From contig JAZSET010000073.1 in assembly GCA_045531795.1 (NCBI GenBank), positions 202-64,201 of the forward strand: a stretch of 64,000 nucleotides of DNA, read 5' to 3'. Made by a program: the position numbers and the translations under genes. The notes below the pieces were generated by a model, which was given only the letters and a program-made list of their open reading frames with translations, was not told the DNA's origin and ran no database searches. The DNA comes from Eubacteriales bacterium (lineage in GTDB: Bacteria > Bacillota > Clostridia > Oscillospirales > CAG-272). The stretch's first letter is position 1. Each line of letters opens with the position of its first letter. Below are positions 10,301 to 18,622 of this stretch, one piece after another.

Positions 10301-13300
10301 AAGGAAGTATCCACAGATGATAACCATATCGTAAACTCCACACCCCAAGAAATCGAGATAACAGAGGACAGTCTTGACACGGCAGTTCTTGTGTTCTTAA
10401 ATGACCAAAAGCCGTATATGAGACTTGTAAAGCTCGATTCCGGGACCTATAAGGCACTTCCCAATGCCACCTTTAAGTTTGAGAAAATCGGCGGTAAATT
10501 CGTAAAAGAATATACGACCGATGAAAACGGCGAAATCAATCTTGACAAGCTTGAAGCAGGCTCATACAAGGTAACCGAGCTTTCTGCTCCCGAAGGCTAT
10601 CTCATTGACAATGCTGAAAGAACCGTTAAGATCGAGGGCAATGACAGTGCGACATTCGTATTTACAAATACAAAGAAGCCGTCTATCAAGGTGGTAAAAT
10701 ACGATAAGCAGAATGACAAGTACCTTTCGGGTGCCTCGTTCAGAATAGCAAAGATCGAGGATGGCTCCAATTACCTTGACCGCATTACCGACACAAACGG
10801 TATTATTGAAATATCCGACCTCGATCCCGGTGTTTACTCGGTTAAGGAAATCAAAGCACCTACAAATTATGTGCTTAACGAAACAGAATACCATGTAGAG
10901 CTTTTCCCCGGTAAAGAATCACAAGTCGTAGTTCTTAACGAAGAAAAGCCCAGTCTTAAAATCGTAAAGACTGATGCACTCACCGATAAACCTGTTTCGG
11001 GTGTAGGTTTCTTAGTAAGGCTTGCAGACGGAAGTACAGAGAATACCGTTGTAACAGACGAAAACGGCGAAGCACTTCTTTCTCATCTTAACCCCGGCAT
11101 ATATGAAGTTATCGAAAAGAGCGTGCCTAACGGTTATCTTTTAGATTCCGAGCCTAAGCTTGTAACGCTTGAACCTGCAAGAACATCGGTAGTCCGATTT
11201 AAGAATTATCCCAAGCCCACGCTTACCGTAAACAAGGTTGACTCCATTACAAATGATCCACTTGAAAATGCAAAGTTCAGCGTTGTTTACGCAAGTAATA
11301 ACACCTTCTCGGGCGAGATAAACGATCTCGGCACTTTTACCACAGACAAGAACGGTCAGTTTAAGCTCGAAAACCTCAAAGACGGTTGGTATAAGGTAAC
11401 TGAAACACAAGCACCCGAAGGATATGTACAGTCAAATAAAGTCAAAGAAGTATATATTAAGGGCGGCGAAACAAAAGAGCTTACCTTTGAAAACACACCG
11501 CTTTCGGGACTTGTCATCAAGAAAGTCGATGCCGACACAGGCAAGGTTTTGCAGGGTGCAGAATTTATTGTCCGCTATCTTTCGGGAACAAGCGGCAGCG
11601 GCGGTACGGTTATAGGCGAATATACAACCTCCGCTAACGGTACAATCGTCATTTCAAGACTGAAAGCAGGTACTTATGTAATCGAGGAAACAAAAGCACC
11701 TGACGGATATATCATCGACGATGCTCCCGAAACGGTTTACATCACAGGCAAAGAGCAGGATGTTATCACCGTCACCTTTGAAAACAAAAAGGACGGCGGA
11801 CTTATCATCAGGAAGCTCGACAGTGTTACAAAGAAGCCCCTTTCGGATGCTGAATTTAAGGTAACCGATTCTGACGGAAAGTTTGTAGCAACTTCCGGCG
11901 GTACAGTTTCCTCAAACGGCATTTATACAACCGATAAGGACGGTAAAATTCATATTACAGGCATAGAGGCAGGTACAACACTTGTTGTCACCGAAACAAA
12001 AGCTCCCGATGGCTATGTCATTGATACTGCCTCCAAGACTGTAAGAATAGATGCAGACGATACACAAACGCTCACCTTCTACAATAATCCCGACAGCGGA
12101 CTTCTTATCACAAAACTTGATAAAGAGACCAACGAGCCGCTTTATGGTGCGGTATTTGAAGTGACTGACAGTTCGGGTGCAGTAGTGGGTACTTCTAACG
12201 GAAGATATACCACCGATGCAAACGGCATTATCCGCATTACAGGACTTAAACCCGATACCTATGTTGCAACTGAGATTGAAGCACCTTACGGTTATGCACT
12301 CATAAGCGAGCCGCAGACAGTAAAGGTAGTTTCGGGTAAGATCCACAACCTTACCTTCTACAATGCTCCCGCAGGCGGACTTGTCATCTCCAAAGTGGAT
12401 AAAGCCACAGGCGAGCCGCTTTACGGTGCTGTGTTCAAGGTAACAAACAGTCAAGGCACAGTTGTCGGAAATAAGAACGGCAAGTATACTACAAACAGAA
12501 ACGGCGAAATACATCTTTCGGGACTTGAGCCTGACACCTATGTAGTTACCGAAATCGAGGCTCCCGAAGGATATATTCTTGATGGCGCTCCTCAGACAAT
12601 CAAGGTAAGATCGGGTGAAACCCATGAGCTTACTTTCGTAAACAAGGCACTTGGCGGTATTCGTATTACAAAGGTTGACGAGGAAACAAGACAGCCCTTG
12701 AAGAATGTAAAGTTTGCGGTCGAGTATATGAACGGTAAGAAGATCGGCACATATACCACAAATGCAAGCGGTACTATCAATATCGACGACCTTGTAGACG
12801 GCTGGTACACGGTTACCGAAACAAAGGCGGCAGACGGATATATTCTTGATGCAGAGCCGCACGATATCGAAGTCACAGACGGCGAAATCACAAGAGTTAC
12901 CATTACCAACCGAAAGACCTCTTCTTTCCTTATCCATAAAGTAGATTCTACCACAGGAAAAGGAATTTCCGGTGTTACCTTCCTTATCTCCGACAGATAC
13001 GGAAATCCCGTAGCACAGTATGTATCCGACCAGAACGGCTATGTCTATACCGATAATCACAACTTTGAAGACGGCAAGTACTATATCCGTGAAATTGCCG
13101 TTCCGAACGGTTATGTTCTCGATACCGAAGTCAAGACCTTCTATGTGGAATACGGTCATACAAGCTCGGTTACTTGGTACAATACTCCCATTCAGGCACA
13201 AATTCAAATAATAAAGAAGTCGGCAGACGATAACCCTATAAACGGACTTCCCGCAGGCTCGCTTCTTGAAGGTGCTGTGTTTGAAATCTACGACAAGGGC

Positions 13301-14035
13301 GGCAATATCATGGATACAATAAAGACAGACAAGAACGGCAGAGCAAGCTCAAAGCCGCTTCCTCTCGGACTTTATACTATCCGTGAAACGGTTGCACCTA
13401 CCTACTACACTGCAAATCAGACACTTATGACGGCACACCTTGAATTTAACGGTCAGATTATGACCTTCGAGGTGCTTAACAAGTCTGTTTCTACAGGTGT
13501 ATCCGTAACAAAGTACGGATATAACGAAGTAATGCCGAATAATCCCGTTGTTTACACCTTTAAGAACATCGCCAATACATCCACAGTTCCGCTTGACAGC
13601 TTCTATTTCAGAGATACACTCCCGTCTGCTATTCGTGCAGAAAAGCTTGTTACAGGTACATTTAATCAGAATCTTTACTACAAGATCGTGTACCTTACCA
13701 ACTTATCTCGTGGCGAATACAGAACGGTAAACGACAATCTTTCTGCAAGTAAGAATTATGCTATTGATATCTCCAAAGAGGCACTCGGACTTGCCGAGAA
13801 TGAGTACATTACAGAGATAATGTTTGTGTTCGGAAGAGTCAAAGCAGGCTTTGCACAGGTTGAAACACCTTATCTCTACGCACGTTCCGTCAAAGGTCTT
13901 GCAAACGGCTCCAGCTTTGTTAATACTGCCGATGTAGGCGGTGTTTACAACGGTCAGTGGATAACAACCGTTTCGAGATTTGTGACAAAAGTGTACAACT
14001 ACACCTATATTGAAATGCCGAAAACCGGCTATTAA
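7361..14035 (+). CDS. Giant surface adhesin: N-terminal thioester domain plus 18 Cna-B/SpaA-like repeats
   Basis: RBS aggagg lies before the ATG at 7361 and a signal peptide follows. 'GPAYCINWG' (thioester Cys) and 'ATQAAVWT' (TQxA(V)W Gln motif). I counted 18 repeats of the '(K)xDxxTxxPLxGAxFxV' type, each about 90 aa. The C-terminus is 'IEMPKTGY'. Confidence 0.85.
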   Translation: MSKTKQTSKKLLCLLLALMTLLSVIPITPVSAETLSDGKSKTVTIKLNETHYILETVGGTKLQGQSWTYTSDTGIQGPAYCINWGLDKPSDTKQIPITGRYTATPQTIGAFANGYPQRSLEDFIKINKGDHPLVANLTREEYVAATQAAVWTTLGQLRIEGTQWSSGRDTLLIPDESDPSALRAYEALKIILYNASFWTKPLNAGMHIRLGRTQAGNVLNIEDANGLIGAEQNGMYGIEKETIDGVEYYTRTFVASSATSTYKSNYSINLRLDNSPEGTIVTNLNNEKLTSWQASGQTYWVVPTPLHEVTTMNENGSEYAGDFKVCIPVRNTPESGNITFVASATISQFNIYFANNTTDTEQSFIIADPMYAPMSCTGQMKWEKVTSPYGRLVVNKVDGMGNPLQGAIFSLVGSNGKTYDGTSDISGQIVWEYLDPAITYTLKETQAPAGYIKAEDVTVNVLAGTTTTISVKNSSERMLKIRKVDAQNGNPLLGASFRLEQIDGSYVTDVTTGHSGYVEFFGNELPYGTYKVYEKTAPDGYEKSTEVRTFSWNGQSDITLTFENVRTPSFVIIKKDKDTNIPLEDVDFEVYKDGSLVTTVTTNSAGYAHVTGLTEGYYEVKEKTAPKGYILDTQKHGMYINPYNPAVENDPILVLTNSKKPALTIEKLDTKTLKPIANVRFEVYKDTVLLGSYTTGSDGLVELCDLETGTYTVKETRTPSGYVLQNIPQSVELEAGKSATLTFFNPTKPGVSIKKIDADTGKALSDAVFKIEGVDVSYLNEFTTDSDGEIILPKLEVGVYTVNEISSPKGYVKNTEVRTFEAAEDGNVQLVFKNHKKPSLKVTKIDAVTGEALEGASFRISKVGDSTRYYDKITDKNGLIELTDLDVGIYSVQEISAPDGYLLNDTLYHAELFAGKESTLIVENKAKPSLTIKKYDSLTGSLLSGTTFEVYRDTTLIGTYTTDYTGEIHLYDLKTGTYTVKEVSTDDNHIVNSTPQEIEITEDSLDTAVLVFLNDQKPYMRLVKLDSGTYKALPNATFKFEKIGGKFVKEYTTDENGEINLDKLEAGSYKVTELSAPEGYLIDNAERTVKIEGNDSATFVFTNTKKPSIKVVKYDKQNDKYLSGASFRIAKIEDGSNYLDRITDTNGIIEISDLDPGVYSVKEIKAPTNYVLNETEYHVELFPGKESQVVVLNEEKPSLKIVKTDALTDKPVSGVGFLVRLADGSTENTVVTDENGEALLSHLNPGIYEVIEKSVPNGYLLDSEPKLVTLEPARTSVVRFKNYPKPTLTVNKVDSITNDPLENAKFSVVYASNNTFSGEINDLGTFTTDKNGQFKLENLKDGWYKVTETQAPEGYVQSNKVKEVYIKGGETKELTFENTPLSGLVIKKVDADTGKVLQGAEFIVRYLSGTSGSGGTVIGEYTTSANGTIVISRLKAGTYVIEETKAPDGYIIDDAPETVYITGKEQDVITVTFENKKDGGLIIRKLDSVTKKPLSDAEFKVTDSDGKFVATSGGTVSSNGIYTTDKDGKIHITGIEAGTTLVVTETKAPDGYVIDTASKTVRIDADDTQTLTFYNNPDSGLLITKLDKETNEPLYGAVFEVTDSSGAVVGTSNGRYTTDANGIIRITGLKPDTYVATEIEAPYGYALISEPQTVKVVSGKIHNLTFYNAPAGGLVISKVDKATGEPLYGAVFKVTNSQGTVVGNKNGKYTTNRNGEIHLSGLEPDTYVVTEIEAPEGYILDGAPQTIKVRSGETHELTFVNKALGGIRITKVDEETRQPLKNVKFAVEYMNGKKIGTYTTNASGTINIDDLVDGWYTVTETKAADGYILDAEPHDIEVTDGEITRVTITNRKTSSFLIHKVDSTTGKGISGVTFLISDRYGNPVAQYVSDQNGYVYTDNHNFEDGKYYIREIAVPNGYVLDTEVKTFYVEYGHTSSVTWYNTPIQAQIQIIKKSADDNPINGLPAGSLLEGAVFEIYDKGGNIMDTIKTDKNGRASSKPLPLGLYTIRETVAPTYYTANQTLMTAHLEFNGQIMTFEVLNKSVSTGVSVTKYGYNEVMPNNPVVYTFKNIANTSTVPLDSFYFRDTLPSAIRAEKLVTGTFNQNLYYKIVYLTNLSRGEYRTVNDNLSASKNYAIDISKEALGLAENEYITEIMFVFGRVKAGFAQVETPYLYARSVKGLANGSSFVNTADVGGVYNGQWITTVSRFVTKVYNYTYIEMPKTGY

Positions 14036-14096
14036 ATCCATGCAAAAAGGGCTGTCGTTAGTGGCAGCCCTTAACCTTTAAGAAAGGAAAAAGTCT

Positions 14097-14444
14097 ATGA
14101 AAAACAAAATAATGAAATTCTTTTGTCAGGTACTTCCGTTTATTATTGCCATAGTACCGCTGCTTGCAATAAATGTACTTGCGGTTGATGATATGTGGAC
14201 TGTTGCAGACCGCATTATTGTCGATGTATATAACAAGATAGCAGGAATCAGTACCATTCTCGCGGCACTTATGACGACTGTTTGCGTTGTCGGAATGAAG
14301 CTTTCAAACAATCAGCAAAAGGTCGATCAGAGTGTTGACTGGCTCAAGCGTATTTGGATTGCTTGGGCTATTATCAACGGCATAGGTGCATTCCTTGCTT
14401 ATGTTGTACCGCTTCTCGACGGTCTTGCGACGATTAAGCCGTAA
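14097..14444 (+). CDS. Small two-TM conjugation protein (Maff2 / VirB2-like)
   Basis: 115 aa with a signal-like N-terminus and two hydrophobic helices. Its position immediately upstream of the VirB6/TrbL-like gene is as in Clostridial conjugative elements. Confidence 0.5.
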   Translation: MKNKIMKFFCQVLPFIIAIVPLLAINVLAVDDMWTVADRIIVDVYNKIAGISTILAALMTTVCVVGMKLSNNQQKVDQSVDWLKRIWIAWAIINGIGAFLAYVVPLLDGLATIKP

Positions 14445-14485
14445 AATATGAAACATTCGATTAAAAGGTAAGGAGGCGATGTTCT

Positions 14486-16555
14486 TTGCTTGAACCCATA
14501 ATGAAAGGGCTTATCGAATGGATATACGGTCTTATAGAGGATATGGCAGACTATGTATTTGGCGATATTATTGACGTATTGACAATGGATATGTCCTACT
14601 TCAAAAAAGCAGCACCTATTGTAAATGACATCGCTGAAATAATGCTCGCTCTTGGGTGGGCATTACTTTTGGGAAACCTTGTCTTTCAGCTGTTAAAAAG
14701 CATAATGTCGGGAGCAGGCTTTGAGGGCGAAGATCCGCGTACACTTTTTATGCGTACATTCGCTTTCAGTTTTCTGCTCCTCGCTTCTCCGCAGATATGT
14801 GAGATGTGCTCTAAAATGACAGGTGTTGTCGTTGCATATCTGAATATCCCGAGAAGCTTTGCTTTTTCAGCGCCGACAGGGATTTTATTTTCAGGTGCGG
14901 GAGGTGTCTCATGGCTAATTGCCATAATCGTCAGCATAATTCTCATAGTTCAGCTTGTAAAACTGTTCTTTGATATAGGCGAACGATATGTTATTTCTTG
15001 TGTTCTCACCTTTATGGCACCCCTTGCATTTGCTATGGGCGGCAGTAAAAATACAAACGATATTTTCAAGGGCTGGTGCAGAATGTACGGCTCTATGAAC
15101 TTAATGCTCATTATGAATATCGTTTTTCTTAAGCTCATAGTGAACGCAATGGTCAATATGTGGGCATCAAATATTATTGTTTGGCTCGTATTTGTAATGG
15201 CTTTAACAAGAGTTGCACGAAAGATTGACGCTCATATATCCAAAATCGGTCTTAATCCAGCACAGACAAGTAATAGTGTGGGTGTAAGATTCCCCGGTGG
15301 AACAACGCTTGTTGTTGTCAAAACTCTCGCCTCACTCTTCGGTAAGAGTGCTGCCAATATGAAAGGCGGCGGTGGCGGTAATTCCGGCGGCGGTGGTTCT
15401 TCACATCATCACCATACAGGCGGAAATCCTTCCGGTAACGGCGGCAGACCTCGTAATTCTAGTCCTCCTCCACAACCCGGCGCGATGAGTACTCCTACGG
15501 GAGATGCGAATGTAAATGTATCTGTAAACAGTAAGAGTCAGGTTACAAAAGTAAGTTCTCCTATCGGCAATATTGCAGGAAGACAAGCTGGCGGTGCGGT
15601 AAACAATAACCGAGTCGGCGGTAATACCACAAATGCCGATAACAGAACATCCCCACGTGGTGAAGGTCGCAGCGGAGAAAACTCCGAAAGAGACAGAAAC
15701 AATCCTTCGGGCAATCGTCAAAGACCTGCAAATGTCGGCGGAACGGTTATCGTACAGAACGGACAGGGCGGTGTTCAAAACAAGGCTAAAAACATTACCT
15801 CTGTTCCCGCAGTTAAGAGTACAGTCCAACCTAGCGACAAGAGAAGCAGTGCATCTCACGATAAGTCTCAATCGGATATCGGAAGAGAAATACACGACAA
15901 TTCCCGTCAGAACACACAGACGGCAGGAAGAATTACCACACTTGCCAAAGGTAAAGGAAAGGGTGCTCCCGTTCCTATGCCTCAAGCGGTATCTCCGAGT
16001 TCTACGCAGACTGTTATTAACGGCAATTCCAATGGTGTCAATGTACAAAGCGGTACTAATATAGGAGTTCCCGAAACAAGAAGCGTGCCTAAAAATGTTA
16101 CTGTACCCGTTGTAAGTCACCGTCAAAGCACAGGCAGAGTATCGGGAACAGATACCTTTACAGACCGTCAAGTAGTGTCAGGCACAAATAATACCGATGT
16201 TAATGTACCAAACAATAACGGCACTGCACACGGTTCTACGCAAAGCAGAGGTACAGTTGTAAATCAATCAAGTGTCGGTATGTCTGAACACAGAAGTGTA
16301 TCGAGCGTTTCTTCTCACTCATCATCTTCTTCATATGTAAGCACAAACGGCAGAAAAATCGATCCTGAATACAAATTTGGAAGATACGATCCCGCCGCAG
16401 CTAACCGCAAGGGCAAGAGAAATTATTATTCCAAAGACACCGAAACTGTAAAACGGCAAAGTGAACACAAGCGAGGTGAGGAAAATGGAACAGCAGGAAA
16501 AAAGCACAGGACAAAAGGCAGCCAGAGGAGCACAGATAGCAGGCGGAATAGCTAA
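14486..16555 (+). CDS. VirB6/TrbL-like polytopic T4SS membrane protein with long disordered C-terminal tail
   Basis: At least 6 hydrophobic helices in the first ~270 aa, then a Gly/Ser/Asn/Pro-rich tail of about 400 aa including 'GGGGNSGGGGSSHHHH'. TTG start 9 nt after AGGAGG. Confidence 0.6.
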   Translation: MLEPIMKGLIEWIYGLIEDMADYVFGDIIDVLTMDMSYFKKAAPIVNDIAEIMLALGWALLLGNLVFQLLKSIMSGAGFEGEDPRTLFMRTFAFSFLLLASPQICEMCSKMTGVVVAYLNIPRSFAFSAPTGILFSGAGGVSWLIAIIVSIILIVQLVKLFFDIGERYVISCVLTFMAPLAFAMGGSKNTNDIFKGWCRMYGSMNLMLIMNIVFLKLIVNAMVNMWASNIIVWLVFVMALTRVARKIDAHISKIGLNPAQTSNSVGVRFPGGTTLVVVKTLASLFGKSAANMKGGGGGNSGGGGSSHHHHTGGNPSGNGGRPRNSSPPPQPGAMSTPTGDANVNVSVNSKSQVTKVSSPIGNIAGRQAGGAVNNNRVGGNTTNADNRTSPRGEGRSGENSERDRNNPSGNRQRPANVGGTVIVQNGQGGVQNKAKNITSVPAVKSTVQPSDKRSSASHDKSQSDIGREIHDNSRQNTQTAGRITTLAKGKGKGAPVPMPQAVSPSSTQTVINGNSNGVNVQSGTNIGVPETRSVPKNVTVPVVSHRQSTGRVSGTDTFTDRQVVSGTNNTDVNVPNNNGTAHGSTQSRGTVVNQSSVGMSEHRSVSSVSSHSSSSSYVSTNGRKIDPEYKFGRYDPAAANRKGKRNYYSKDTETVKRQSEHKRGEENGTAGKKHRTKGSQRSTDSRRNS

Positions 16556-17636
16556 AATCGCCATAGGTGTTGCTTCTCAAAACTATGCTCAGGCACTTAT
16601 CGGTGCTATCGAGGTAATCCCTTGGAAAAAGGTTTTTACCGTTATCGGAGCATTTCTTTTTCTTCTTCTCATTCCCATACTTATTATCGCTTCTTTGCCG
16701 CAGATACTCATAAATTGGGCATTTTCCGGCTTTGATGACCTTATTTCCCGAAACGAACACGGAACGGAAATCGTAAGCCATTACTACGAAGTGCTTGATG
16801 AACAAGAGGAAGGTGTAGAGCCGGATATCAATTTCCTTATATGCCTTGATGCAGTACGCACAAATCAGGATGTAGAGAGTATGACAGAGGCGGATGTGGA
16901 AAACGCTATTTCTAACAGTTTCACAAAAGATGATGAAACGGGAGAAATATACAACAAAACGCACGATGAAATAATGGAGGATTACGGATTTACCGATGAG
17001 CAAAAGAATTGGGTAAATCTGATGTACAACACCATTACAGGTCAAAAGATTACCCCTGACAGTGAGTTTATAGATCCTGATAGACTTGAAAACTACGATG
17101 GGGTAACTCTTGACGGGCTTACATACTTTAATCAGCTTGATGAAAGATGGGCAAACACGATGTACGGAACTACCGATACAATCGGTGTGGCAGGTTGCGG
17201 TCCGACGGCACTTGCAATCGTTATAGCCAACCTCAAGGGTGAAACGGTAGAGCCTGACGAGGTAGCCGAGTGGTCTTATGAAAACGGCTATGTCTGTGAG
17301 GGAAGCGGAAGCTATATATCCCTTATTCCGAATGCCGCAGAGCATTACGGATTAACTGTTGAAAAACTCGGCAAATCAAGTGCGGAAGAGCTTACAGAAC
17401 ACCTTGAAGCAGGAAAAATGATTATTGCCATTATGGGCAAAGGACATTTCACATCAACAGGTCATTTTATCGTGCTTCGAGGCATTACAGAGGACGGCAA
17501 GGTTCTTGTTGCCGATCCGGTAAGTCTAAACCGAAGCGAAAAAGAGTGGGATATATCTATATTCCTTGAAGAAGTTAAAAACGCAGGCTCAGGCGGTCCG
17601 TTTTGGAGCCTATCATACAATCCTGAAGAAGAATGA
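16485..17636 (+). CDS. T4SS-associated cell-wall hydrolase (papain-like/C39-like cysteine peptidase domain, VirB1 analogue)
   Basis: N-terminal TM segment. 'GVAGCGPTALAIVIANL' (Cys nucleophile) and 'GHFIVLRGITEDGKVLVADP' (His). The ATG at 16485 follows 'gaggtgagg' and overlaps the end of the upstream gene. Confidence 0.6.
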   Translation: MEQQEKSTGQKAARGAQIAGGIAKIAIGVASQNYAQALIGAIEVIPWKKVFTVIGAFLFLLLIPILIIASLPQILINWAFSGFDDLISRNEHGTEIVSHYYEVLDEQEEGVEPDINFLICLDAVRTNQDVESMTEADVENAISNSFTKDDETGEIYNKTHDEIMEDYGFTDEQKNWVNLMYNTITGQKITPDSEFIDPDRLENYDGVTLDGLTYFNQLDERWANTMYGTTDTIGVAGCGPTALAIVIANLKGETVEPDEVAEWSYENGYVCEGSGSYISLIPNAAEHYGLTVEKLGKSSAEELTEHLEAGKMIIAIMGKGHFTSTGHFIVLRGITEDGKVLVADPVSLNRSEKEWDISIFLEEVKNAGSGGPFWSLSYNPEEE

Positions 17637-17651
17637 AGGGGGATTCGTTAA

Positions 17652-17948
17652 ATGAATGATTATATTATTCCGTCAAATTTTGAGGAAGGCGGAAAGTTAA
17701 TGGGCGTCTTTGGCGTTCGCAATGTTATCGAGGCAGGGATTTTATCTCTGCCTTTTATCTATCTTGTGTTTATGTTTGTCCCTTTGGGACTTACTTGGAA
17801 AATCATACTTGCGGCAACCGTTGTTATTCCGGTCGGCGGTTTTGCACTTATCGGGATAAACGATGATCCGCTGTCTATCTTTGTAAAGAATTGGTGGTGC
17901 TGGCTCAGAAACAAAAGAATAATGGAGTATCGAGGTGAGGTAAAATGA
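17652..17948 (+). CDS. PrgI/VirB3-like small membrane protein
   Basis: 98 aa with two TM helices. 'FEEGGKLMGVFGVRNVIEAGIL' is typical of PrgI-family proteins that precede VirB4. Confidence 0.6.
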   Translation: MNDYIIPSNFEEGGKLMGVFGVRNVIEAGILSLPFIYLVFMFVPLGLTWKIILAATVVIPVGGFALIGINDDPLSIFVKNWWCWLRNKRIMEYRGEVK

Positions 17949-18622
17949 AAAGTTTGTTTTCAAAAAAGAAATCTGAAAAATCCTTTGGAAACTATTATCC
18001 GGACAGTACACAGAAGTGGCTGCCCATCGAAACAGTAACAGGCGGTCTTATCTTGCTTAAAGACGGCAGATACATAAAGATCGTGGAAATACTGCCCGTA
18101 AATTTCTATCTGAAAAGCGAGGTTGAACAGGAAAACATCATTTTCTACTTTGCTTCGTATTTGAAGATAGCCCCTGACAATATGCAGATAAGGGTTATGA
18201 CCGAGCGTGCCGATATAGACGATTATCTCAAACGCCATGACCACTACGCATATAACGAGCCGAACGAGCAAACGCAGGCTATGATATACGACGAAATGAA
18301 CTTCGTAAAAGGGCTTTCCGAGAATATCGCCATAAAGAAACGCTTTTATATCATCTTTGAGTATGCAAGCTCAAACTTTGTAGGCAGAAATGTCAAGTTT
18401 ACGGATATTCAAAGGATATTGTCAGATGAAGTATATAAGGCAGGAAGATATTTGTCGCAGTGTGAGCTTGGCGTCGTTGATATAAACGACAACGGTCAGC
18501 TTATCGACCTGCTTTACGGCTTTATCAACAGGCAAAGTTCTAAGTTTGTAAGCCCCGGCAACTTTGCAAACGGTATGTTTGACGAGGTACATACAAATTA
18601 CGGAGGTAATGACTATGAGTAA
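17945..18622 (+). CDS. Protein resembling the N-terminal domain of VirB4-type ATPases (no P-loop)
   Basis: 'WLPIETVTGGLILLKDGRYIKIVEILPVNFYLKSEVEQENIIFYFASYL' follows the pattern of the VirB4/CD1110-family N-terminus. No Walker motif was seen. Confidence 0.4.
   Translation: MKSLFSKKKSEKSFGNYYPDSTQKWLPIETVTGGLILLKDGRYIKIVEILPVNFYLKSEVEQENIIFYFASYLKIAPDNMQIRVMTERADIDDYLKRHDHYAYNEPNEQTQAMIYDEMNFVKGLSENIAIKKRFYIIFEYASSNFVGRNVKFTDIQRILSDEVYKAGRYLSQCELGVVDINDNGQLIDLLYGFINRQSSKFVSPGNFANGMFDEVHTNYGGNDYE

Noticed and set aside
11912-13207. 431-aa minus-strand ORF, together with similar long antisense ORFs at 5360-6151, 15401-16171, 16401-17345, 30384-31178, 3122-3784, 44686-45309 and 45361-45921
   Set aside because: All are embedded antisense to + strand genes that carry clear family motifs. 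They have no RBS, are Cys/Ile/Phe-rich with odd composition, and their length is explained by codon bias of the sense strand, especially within repeat-rich genes. I could not support any minus-strand gene in this window.
15380-15420. His4 run ('SSHHHHTGG') as a possible engineered His-tag or vector remnant
   Set aside because: It has only four His residues, sits inside a long natural Gly/Ser/Asn-rich region, and has no flanking vector-like sequence or protease site.
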